A stretch of DNA of 64,000 nucleotides from contig JANQJC010000100.1 of assembly GCA_028281825.1 (NCBI GenBank), forward strand, positions 9,854 through 73,853, given 5' to 3'. A model generated the notes under the pieces. The model was not told where the DNA came from and ran no database searches. It worked only from the letters and a program-made list of their open reading frames with translations. A program made the position numbers and the translations under genes. This DNA comes from Flavobacteriales bacterium. Its GTDB lineage: Bacteria > Bacteroidota > Bacteroidia > JANQJC01. This document shows positions 19,284 through 26,856 of the stretch, one piece after another. Position 1 is the first letter of the stretch. Each line of letters opens with the position of its first letter.

Positions 19284-20762
19284 ATGAAAATGTATGGTTT
19301 CTATATTACATCAATACTATTACTGGTCTGCTATGCATTCTCAATTTATGCACAAATTCAAAGCCCTCAAGCACCAACTTTTGGTACATTTCAAAATGTG
19401 ACAGGGCTTAATTATCCATCTCATCCAAACATGTATCAGCAACGCAATAGCAGTCATTCAATAGGGGCACATGCTAATGATGTAATAGAGCAACAATATC
19501 AGATTAGTCAACAGTATCTGGGGATGTGTATTGACAGGCCATATCTTACCCCTGCTCAAAACCAGCAAGCAAGGATAAACTTCCTTAAACAAAAAGCTAT
19601 AGGCAGCCAGTATTTGCCAGGTGCAAAGGGTGGGTTTGCACAGCAAGTAGGGATGCAAAGAGAAGTGATTAACATCCTCAACGAAGTTCAACAGGCGGAG
19701 CATGATAAAAGAAGGAATTCGAATTATTACTATTCAGCTGAATTTACCACCAAAACTAAATTATACACAGATGCTTTAAGAAAGTTGAATGACATGCTCT
19801 CGGGAAGAAGTAAACTATCCATTAAGGAAGCCTATTTCACCATAGAACAAGCCTATGGTAATTCCTATCTCACAAGAGATGAGTATGATAAAGCAGTCAC
19901 GGAATCCAGTGAGTTTATTAAAGAGTGGTTACGTCAAAATGGGTATGAACTTAAAGATAATACCGCCTTGCATTATGGTATTCAGCAATTTATGAGTGAT
20001 ACCCTAAGTATCAAAGTACCTTTAAAAGATGACGCGGCTAAAACCTATACAAAAGTGCATTTCCCTTTCTCTTATGATTACAAGGATTTTAAAGGTGAGA
20101 TGGACTACCGAAACTACTTCTCCACCAAATGCCTGGCAACGGGCTATGGGCAGTGCAATAGCTTGCCCGCGGTATATAATATCCTGGCTGAAAGTTTAGG
20201 TGCTAAGTCCTACCTTTCATTAGCGCCTAACCATTCTTTTATTAAATACCCTGACAATAAGGGGAACATACATGGTTATGAACCTACCAGCAACTGGCAA
20301 ATATCTGACAGGTGGTATGAAGAGCACCTTTTTATAAGCGCCGAAGCCAAGCGGAACAGGATATACCTGGATACATTGAATTATGAACAAATAGTGGCCA
20401 ACTGTATGCTGGATTTGGCAGTGGGCTATATGGATAAATTTGGCGTGGCCGATGGTGAATTTATAAGAGAATGCGCTCAAACGGCTTTCCCCTATTTCCC
20501 TGGTGGGAAAAATGTGCAGGTTTATATGCTCTACAGCAGTGTGCTGGCAAGGCAGTTGGAAAGGGTGATGTACGCCAGTAATATCACCACACTTGAAGGT
20601 ATAAAGCAGGTGCCTGAGGCTATGCAATTGTATCAGGCTTTAGTGCTCAATGAAAAGATGATTACCCAATTAGGGTATCAGGATATTCCTTCTCAACTTT
20701 ATGAGCAGCTAATGCAACAGCAAGAATTCAAAGGCAATGAACAAAAAAAAACAGCAAGTTGA
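19284..20762 (+). CDS. Secreted transglutaminase-like (SirB1/Transglut_core2-like) protein; probable homopolymer frameshift near the C-terminus
   Basis: Signal peptide ...AFSIYA-Q; GQCNSLP...LAESLG...APNHSFIK...GYEPT (C-H-E); colinear similarity to the N-half of the next protein. ORF open from 19245. Removing one A from the A9 tract at 20743-20751 extends it to TAA 20803-20805. Confidence 0.72.
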   Translation: MKMYGFYITSILLLVCYAFSIYAQIQSPQAPTFGTFQNVTGLNYPSHPNMYQQRNSSHSIGAHANDVIEQQYQISQQYLGMCIDRPYLTPAQNQQARINFLKQKAIGSQYLPGAKGGFAQQVGMQREVINILNEVQQAEHDKRRNSNYYYSAEFTTKTKLYTDALRKLNDMLSGRSKLSIKEAYFTIEQAYGNSYLTRDEYDKAVTESSEFIKEWLRQNGYELKDNTALHYGIQQFMSDTLSIKVPLKDDAAKTYTKVHFPFSYDYKDFKGEMDYRNYFSTKCLATGYGQCNSLPAVYNILAESLGAKSYLSLAPNHSFIKYPDNKGNIHGYEPTSNWQISDRWYEEHLFISAEAKRNRIYLDTLNYEQIVANCMLDLAVGYMDKFGVADGEFIRECAQTAFPYFPGGKNVQVYMLYSSVLARQLERVMYASNITTLEGIKQVPEAMQLYQALVLNEKMITQLGYQDIPSQLYEQLMQQQEFKGNEQKKTAS

Positions 20763-20822
20763 TACAAAAGAAAAAAGATCAATGTTCATTACTTTGTTTG
20801 AATAATTGGTAAATTTATAGCA

Positions 20823-22853
20823 ATGAAAACCAGGCTCATCACCACCCTAATTATTGCATTGCTCAATAGCATTGCTTTTGGGCAACACCCAGCCCCATAT
20901 TTAGCAGCCAGAACTGAGCTGCAAGCCATGCTTAATGGGGATGAACCATTGAGTTATGAAAAAGCCATCTTTTTGATGGAGAATGCCTATTATGATAACC
21001 AATTGAGCTATGAAAATTATCAGGCTGTGCTGGATTTTCATACTTCTAACATTAGAGCATTTATTAAAACCAATCGGGATGCGGAATATGATTTCTCACC
21101 CACCTTACTGGAAACCGAAGAACAAAAAAAGTTGAAGTATGAAAAGGCATTAGCAAATTGGAGTATTTATACCTATATCACAGACACCCTACTATTTGCG
21201 TTTGATGATCAACGTTTCTACTTAAAAGAGCCTTTTAATTATTCTTCACAAGACCCATTTGGCACTGGTGATTGGCAAAATACACAGGTGGTTAACCTAC
21301 TTGATAATGGCACAGGCAATTGCTTCGCTCTCACTTCACTTTTCAAGATATTTTCTGAAAGATTGGGCACTGAAGCCAATATCTGCACAGTCCCGGGTCA
21401 TGTTTACATCCGCCATGCTGATGACAAGGGCATTAAATACAATGTAGAACTAGCCACCCGCTTCTTCCCCGGCACAGGCAGTTTAGAAACCCTCACCTAC
21501 ACCACTGATGAAGCGGTAAGGAACAACATATCCCTCAGGGAGTTAGATTTAAGTCAATCAGTCGCACTATGTCTCGTTTATTTAGCAAAAGGGTATGAGC
21601 ACAAGCACAACATCAAAGGCGGTGATTTTGCATTAGCATGTGCTGAACTGGCACTGCAACATGACCCACTCAACCTCAATGCCTCGCTTTTAAAAGCAGA
21701 AGTATTGGAAGAGAGAGTTATCAGTCAAAACCAGCCAGAAGAAAGTGAGGACTTTAAGGAATACGAGAAATTGATAACCTATCTATATGATTTAGGCTAT
21801 CGCGAAATGCCTTTTGAGATGAAAAGTAAAGTTATTTCAGAAATGCTAGGGGACAATGCAATATTGGCAGCTAATGATTATACACCTACACCGTTTGAGC
21901 ATTTGGGTACGAAAGAAACCAAGTATGCTACCCTTTCCTGGGGCATGTACAACGAGATACAAGAAAACAAGCCTTATGAAAAATACGGCAGAGCTATTTT
22001 TGATACTCAAAAACGAAAAATAACAGGCTTTACACAAGCTGACATACTATACAACCAATATAATTTCGACCCCGTTGTTTTTGCCCTAAGTGTGGATCCA
22101 TTGGCAAGAGATTATCCCTGGAACAGTCCTTATGCGTTTGCGGAGAATCGGGTAATTGATGGAATTGACTTAGAGGGTCTGGAATGGACAAGATTTGAGA
22201 GCACTTCTTTTGATCCAGTCCTTCAAAACTCTTCCAGTGATGAGAGATACTCCTATCAACAGCAATCAGGAGGAGTTGCTACTCTTACTCACGATTTATG
22301 GCTGGGAATACTTGACTATGAAGCTCAAAGGGGTGGAAAACAACTAGATGCTTATTATGATGGCGGAATAATGGCCATGGCGGCTGAAGGAGCAAAACAG
22401 GCTAGATTTGATTTTGCATCGGGTTTTCACTACGGAGCGAAAGATGTGGTTCCTAAGCCAGGGAGTGGTGTTTTGAAGAGTACGAATAATGCAGTTCCTA
22501 AACGTCTAGCTAGAGTAATTAACTCTGAGGATGCTTCTTCTGGTTTACTTGGAGGAAGCAACAGGCCATTTGTGACAGCTGCGGAAGATATTAGTGGAAT
22601 TAATTCAGCAGAAGGGTTGTCACAACGGTTATCTTTGTTTGATGGAGATGGAAAACTTAGACAGGGGCCTTTTAAAGTAATTGAGTTTGATACACCTTCA
22701 CAAGGGATTGCGTCACCAGTAAATATAGCTGAAGAAGGTTTTAACTCAGGTTATGTAGGTAAAGGAAAAACAGCAGGAGGTGCGAGAGAGTTCACAATTG
22801 ATAACGGCCCTGTTAAGGATTTGAAAAATGTTACCATTAAAGATATCGAATGA
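20823..22853 (+). CDS. Polymorphic toxin: signal peptide + transglutaminase-like domain + RHS-core autoproteolysis tail + Ntox10-like C-terminal toxin
   Basis: SIAFG-Q signal; GNCFAL...VPGHVYIRH...YNVELAT; LSVDPLARDYPWNSPYAFAENRVIDGIDLEGLE (Bacteroidota RHS-associated core end); tip FVTAAEDI...FKVIEFDTP..GIASPVN...G.TAGGAREF matches the remembered Ntox10 consensus. Confidence 0.82.
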   Translation: MKTRLITTLIIALLNSIAFGQHPAPYLAARTELQAMLNGDEPLSYEKAIFLMENAYYDNQLSYENYQAVLDFHTSNIRAFIKTNRDAEYDFSPTLLETEEQKKLKYEKALANWSIYTYITDTLLFAFDDQRFYLKEPFNYSSQDPFGTGDWQNTQVVNLLDNGTGNCFALTSLFKIFSERLGTEANICTVPGHVYIRHADDKGIKYNVELATRFFPGTGSLETLTYTTDEAVRNNISLRELDLSQSVALCLVYLAKGYEHKHNIKGGDFALACAELALQHDPLNLNASLLKAEVLEERVISQNQPEESEDFKEYEKLITYLYDLGYREMPFEMKSKVISEMLGDNAILAANDYTPTPFEHLGTKETKYATLSWGMYNEIQENKPYEKYGRAIFDTQKRKITGFTQADILYNQYNFDPVVFALSVDPLARDYPWNSPYAFAENRVIDGIDLEGLEWTRFESTSFDPVLQNSSSDERYSYQQQSGGVATLTHDLWLGILDYEAQRGGKQLDAYYDGGIMAMAAEGAKQARFDFASGFHYGAKDVVPKPGSGVLKSTNNAVPKRLARVINSEDASSGLLGGSNRPFVTAAEDISGINSAEGLSQRLSLFDGDGKLRQGPFKVIEFDTPSQGIASPVNIAEEGFNSGYVGKGKTAGGAREFTIDNGPVKDLKNVTIKDIE

Positions 22854-23266
22854 TGAGAACACTGATTGAAGGAGAAGAATTTTACCAATTAAAAAAAGAC
22901 CTAAAAGAAGTCAAACGATTTCCTGCTAGGTATATTACTTTTTATATTAGAGAGAATGGAGAAAAATGGGTTCAGGATAAACCACACCCCGAACTTCATG
23001 GTGGAGGTCTATCTAGACTTACATTAGTAGATAAATTTCCTGATTTTGAAAATACAGAATGGAGTTCAAATGAATATTATGGGCAAGAGGCCTTTATTTT
23101 TATTGAAGAACAATTGAAGCTAGTCAAACAAATTCCTGATGAGAGAATACGATACTATATTGATAAAGAAGGACAAAAGTGGGTTGAAGAATATGTCTCA
23201 AATCTCAAAACGGATGGTAATCTGTTATGTTGGATACATACTATAGATGAGTTTCCATGGGAATGA
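22850..23266 (+). CDS. Cognate immunity protein, Imm27-like, tandem-domain
   Basis: ATGA-coupled to the toxin stop; KW..DKPHPELHGGG.SRL is the Imm27-type signature; the second half repeats the first. Confidence 0.78.
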   Translation: MMRTLIEGEEFYQLKKDLKEVKRFPARYITFYIRENGEKWVQDKPHPELHGGGLSRLTLVDKFPDFENTEWSSNEYYGQEAFIFIEEQLKLVKQIPDERIRYYIDKEGQKWVEEYVSNLKTDGNLLCWIHTIDEFPWE

Positions 23267-23427
23267 ATATTCTTATTAAAAACGGATTTAGAAATATTTC
23301 GGAAACTGAAAAGAGCAGTATTATCCTTATTTGCAAGGAAATAAATGGTGTAGTGGAGAAGAATAATGTTATTGAAATTAGTCCAAATGAAAAAATTAAA
23401 AACCCTCCGTCTTCATCAACTGTATAA
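23263..23427 (+). pseudogene. Short 54-codon ORF, likely truncated immunity-type gene
   Basis: ATGA-coupled to the Imm27-like stop; MNILIKNGFRNISETEKSSIILICKEINGVVEKNNVIEISPNEKIKNPPSSSTV*; no recognisable family. Confidence 0.35.
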
Positions 23428-23474
23428 TAAAGTCTGGAATATTGGTAATGTATCAGATTAGTTGACGGGCATAA

Positions 23475-23732
23475 AAACAAAATATAAAGAGATTATATTG
23501 CAGGCTTCCAAGGCATAGAGAAAGCGAAAACGGCAGGCAAAATTTTAAAGGAACTCCTATACAAAAGAATTTGGATAGAGATGAATTTCCACCTGCAATA
23601 ATTAAGACTGATAAGGCATATAGTGTAAAACATACACCCTCAAATGATAATAGAAGTGCCGGACAATCAATCGGTCAACAATTGAAGGGTTTTCCTGATG
23701 GAACAGTCATTAAAGTGGTCCCTGAAGAATAA
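23475..23732 (+). pseudogene. Orphan toxin tip: NucA/NucB-type DNase fragment (no start codon)
   Basis: Hand translation: ...SENGRQNFKGTPIQKNLDRDEFPPAIIKTDKAYSVKHTPSNDNRSAGQSIGQQLKGFPDGTVIKVVPEE*; DRDE.PP and DNR.AG are NucA/NucB hallmarks; in-frame TAA at 23472. Confidence 0.8.
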
Positions 23733-23739
23733 AAGAACT

Positions 23740-24336
23740 ATGAATAATCTTATAAGAAGTATGGATTTTAGCTTTAAGAAAGAAAAAATTCAATTGAATT
23801 TTAAGGTGGAAGATGAAAGCTATATTCAATTTTTAAACGAAACAAATGGAGGAAGTTTTTACTCGCAAAGTATTATGTTTTATGGAATTGATACTGGAAT
23901 AAATTGTTACGATATAAATGAAGTAAATGATTTTCTGAGCCGAGTGTATGGAAAAATTTTTACGGGGATATCGATTGGTTGTGATGTTTTTGCGAATCAG
24001 TTTCTGATTAAAGAAAAAGACATTTATTTGTTTAACATTGAATCAGGAACTCTTGAGTTTATAGCGCGAGGGTTTAAAGATTTTGCTGACTTATTGGGTG
24101 AAGATTGGGAGTATTTATCAGGATATCAATACCTTAACCAATGGCAGAAAATAAATAATTCCTTGGGTAAATGTTGTAGGCTCTTGCCTCTCAAACCTTT
24201 TATTATAGGTGGAGAGTTTGATGTAAAACAAATGATAAAGTATGATTTCTTTGACACCTTAAGGTATAATTCTAAGCTTGCTAAGCAAATTTATGATTTA
24301 CCAGATGGACAATCTGTAGAAATTAAGTGGGAATGA
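23740..24336 (+). CDS. Immunity protein, SUKH (SMI1/KNR4)-like N-domain with Tdi1/DUF1851-like C-terminus
   Basis: YIQFLNETNGG, IGCDVFANQF, FNIESG.LE and P.KPFIIGGEF. ATG 23740 lies 7 nt after the orphan DNase stop (track start 23698 overlaps the tip). Confidence 0.78.
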   Translation: MNNLIRSMDFSFKKEKIQLNFKVEDESYIQFLNETNGGSFYSQSIMFYGIDTGINCYDINEVNDFLSRVYGKIFTGISIGCDVFANQFLIKEKDIYLFNIESGTLEFIARGFKDFADLLGEDWEYLSGYQYLNQWQKINNSLGKCCRLLPLKPFIIGGEFDVKQMIKYDFFDTLRYNSKLAKQIYDLPDGQSVEIKWE

Positions 24337-24350
24337 CTTCAAAAGAGTAA

Positions 24351-24608
24351 TGTGATAGAAAAACTCTTAGTGCAGGAAAAGGTGAGGTTGTTGATCATGA
24401 TCCTCCATTAGTGAAACGTTATTATGAGGGTGACCCTGTAGTAGGAGAAAAACCAGGTTATCAAATGAACCAAAGTGAGCGTTTAAAAAGCGCTAATGAT
24501 AGGACTCGAATGGCAAACCAGCCTACATCAGAGTCCAACAAGCAGGGTGGGGAAATGTCAAATTATTCTAAACAAAAAAAGCAAGAATATTTTAATAATG
24601 ATGAATAG
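24351..24608 (+). pseudogene. Orphan toxin tip: HNH/EndoVII-like (GH-E-like) nuclease fragment
   Basis: Frame open from 24351 after TAA: CDRKTLSAGKGEVVDHDPPLVKRYYEGDP..GEKPGYQMNQSERLKSANDRTRMANQPTSESNKQGG...; DH..P.V...G..M...ER...ND pattern; stop overlaps the SuFu gene start. Confidence 0.62.
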
Positions 24609-25182
24609 AATGTACCTTAATGAGATGGATTATCAGAATAGTATTATTCAACATTATACAGGTTTTTGGAAAAAGAACCCAAGTTTTTATTATTGGAGTG
24701 AGGGTCCAGTTACTGACCTATCACCTGTTTTTAGGGTACTTGAATTTCCTCCTAATGATATTCATAAAATGTGGACTTATGCGACTTGTTGCATGTCAAA
24801 TATGAATGATCCTAACCCAGTCGAATTGCATTTATTTTCATCAGTTCAAGATACTTCTTTGACAGAGTTGCTCACTATAGTTGCGCATTATCATAAAACA
24901 GGAAGTCCCATTAATTTAGACCATACCATAAACTTCGGAAGACCCTGGCAGAATAGATCAAAATGTGAATATGGATTAGTATCCTTACCATATTTGGATG
25001 GACCAGAACTTGAAAATTTCGAATTAAGTGATAAACAGAAAACAGTGAAATTTTACTGGTTAATACCTATTACTAAGAATGAAGTTGAGTTCAAGAAACT
25101 AAATGGCATAGAACAATTGGAGCAGGAATTTGATAACAAAGAATTTAACTATTTAGACCCTTTGCGTGAGAGTGTGGTTTAG
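24598..25182 (+). CDS. Suppressor-of-fused (SuFu) family immunity protein
   Basis: VLEFPP....WTYATCCMS, VELHLFS, HTINFGRPW, FYWLIPITKNEVEFKK.NG.EQLEQ.F; start at ATG 24598/24601. Confidence 0.85.
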   Translation: MMNRMYLNEMDYQNSIIQHYTGFWKKNPSFYYWSEGPVTDLSPVFRVLEFPPNDIHKMWTYATCCMSNMNDPNPVELHLFSSVQDTSLTELLTIVAHYHKTGSPINLDHTINFGRPWQNRSKCEYGLVSLPYLDGPELENFELSDKQKTVKFYWLIPITKNEVEFKKLNGIEQLEQEFDNKEFNYLDPLRESVV

Positions 25183-25336
25183 GTAGTGAATCCCTCAGTT
25201 CAATCTAAAAAAGGCGTTTCTGCTAATATGATCAGGTTGAAGACTAATTCTGAACAAATTATATCAAAATGAACCTAAAATTATATTTAGAAGAATTGAT
25301 GGGGATTTTATGTGGTTTAAAGAGGCCTTTATGTAA

Positions 25337-25483
25337 TCTACTAATGGAAGGGTTACTCAAGAAAACATCAATGCTATTTTTAAGAATGTAAGCTTTAATG
25401 GTGGTAATAAAGCTAATGTGGGCAATCCAAGACCACAGTTATATGATAAAGAGAAAGGTTTTAGAGTAGTACAAGAAAAATGA
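25337..25483 (+). pseudogene. Possible third orphan toxin-tip remnant (unknown family)
   Basis: 48 open codons without a start (STNGRVTQENINAIFKNVSFNGGNKANVGNPRPQLYDKEKGFRVVQEK*), whose TGA overlaps the ATG of the next gene, as in the other modules. Confidence 0.45.
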
Positions 25484-25833
25484 TGAAAATTATAGTATTC
25501 TTGAGTTTGACACTCGTTTTTTTAGGGTGTGGTGTGAGACAAGATGTCATGTCGAATAAGTTTAATAAGAAAAGATGGCTTTCTAGTTCGAATTATAGAT
25601 ATGAGATTGTTAGTCATGAAACCTTTCCTAATCTTGAAGGAAAGACAAAAAAGTACGTAAAAAGAGTATTAGGAAGGCCAAACATTATCCAAGATAATAG
25701 GTTTATCTATTGCCTGGATATATTAGATACAGAGGACTCTGATTTACCTAAGTGCAAGGGATCCTCAATAGTTATAGACTTTGACACTAACCCTTATAGT
25801 GTCACTATTATTAACGTTGAACCAAAAAATTAG
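25480..25833 (+). CDS. Small lipoprotein, putative periplasmic immunity protein (SmpA/OmlA-like motif)
   Basis: Lipobox FLGC; L.GKTKKYVKRVLGRP motif; last gene of the AT-rich toxin array. Confidence 0.7.
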   Translation: MMKIIVFLSLTLVFLGCGVRQDVMSNKFNKKRWLSSSNYRYEIVSHETFPNLEGKTKKYVKRVLGRPNIIQDNRFIYCLDILDTEDSDLPKCKGSSIVIDFDTNPYSVTIINVEPKN

Positions 25834-25843
25834 GAAGTATAAA

Positions 25844-25866
25844 AAGTCTCCCCTTAGGTGAGATTT
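25844..25866. terminator. Weak hairpin between the toxin island and convergent purS
   Basis: AAGTCTC...GAGATTT stem with an upstream A-run. Confidence 0.35.
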
Positions 25867-26116
25867 AGAGGGGCTGTACCTCAAAAGCATAGCTCTCCAT
25901 AATGGCGTTGGCAAGTAGTTTTTTGCAAGCTTCTTCCACTTTGCTCTCGGCGGTAGCCTTGTCGGCAGCTTCTATTTCAAGTGTGATGTGTTTGCCGATG
26001 CGCACGTTGTCTACTTCTGGCAGGCCCAGGTTCTTCATGCTTGAAGTTACGGCTTTACCTTGTGGGTCCAACAATTCTTTCAGGGGCATCACATCAATTT
26101 CAGCTTTGAATTTCAT
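25865..26116 (-). CDS. purS: Phosphoribosylformylglycinamidine synthase subunit PurS
   Basis: LLDPQGKAV, VRIGKHI, CKKLLAN.IMESY. Confidence 0.95.
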   Translation of the reverse strand: MKFKAEIDVMPLKELLDPQGKAVTSSMKNLGLPEVDNVRIGKHITLEIEAADKATAESKVEEACKKLLANAIMESYAFEVQPL

Positions 26117-26856
26117 CTTTTGGGTATGTAGGTATTTACGATTGAAATAAGAATGTACAAAAGTATAATTATTGGGATTGCCATGAACTGCAAAAACACA
26201 ATAGATGCCGCAGAAATTATCAACAGCACATAGCGCGGCTCATTGCCTTTCCATTGGAAACTCCTGAATTTAAAGGAAATCAAGGGTAATTCACTCACCA
26301 TCAGGAAGCACATTGCCAAAGTCAATCCCAGTAGAAAATAAGCGTTGGTAATTTCCGCATAAAAGTTCACGTTGCTGATAAAAGGTTGTGCTATCAATAT
26401 CAGTGGGAAAGAAGCAAACAATATGGCATTAGCGGGAGTAGGCACCCCAATAAATGAATCCGTTTGTCGGGTATCCACATTGAATTTGGCTAGCCGCAGG
26501 GCAGAGAATACAGGAATGAGAAACGCCAGGTATCTCAGGTTGAGCAGGGCAGGATTGCCAGCAGCCAACTCGTTCATAGATTGCGAAACTTCAGGGTCCA
26601 GCAAATGATAAACGATAAACCCGGGTGCCATCCCGAAAGAAACCAAATCAGCTAGTGAGTCCAACTGTTTGCCTATCTCTGAATAAGCCTTCAGCATCCT
26701 GGCGGTAAAGCCATCAAAAAAGTCAAACACTGCCGCCAGCAATACCAAAAGGGCCGTAAACTCCAACTGCCCGCCAAAAGCAAAGGTGATGCCAAAGCAG
26801 CCGCAAAGCAGGTTAGCACAGGTAAAGGCATTCGGGATATGCTTCTTGATACTCAT
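26113..26856 (-). CDS. pssA: CDP-diacylglycerol--serine O-phosphatidyltransferase
   Basis: IPNAFTCANL, DFFDGFTAR...GKQLDSLADLVSFG, LRLAKFN, FIGVPTPA. Confidence 0.88.
   Translation of the reverse strand: MSIKKHIPNAFTCANLLCGCFGITFAFGGQLEFTALLVLLAAVFDFFDGFTARMLKAYSEIGKQLDSLADLVSFGMAPGFIVYHLLDPEVSQSMNELAAGNPALLNLRYLAFLIPVFSALRLAKFNVDTRQTDSFIGVPTPANAILFASFPLILIAQPFISNVNFYAEITNAYFLLGLTLAMCFLMVSELPLISFKFRSFQWKGNEPRYVLLIISAASIVFLQFMAIPIIILLYILISIVNTYIPKR

Noticed and set aside
19058-25864. Prophage, ICE or integron origin for the toxin island
   Set aside because: No integrase or transposase, no convincing flanking direct repeat (only a 7-nt AAGTATA match) and no attC-like repeats between modules.
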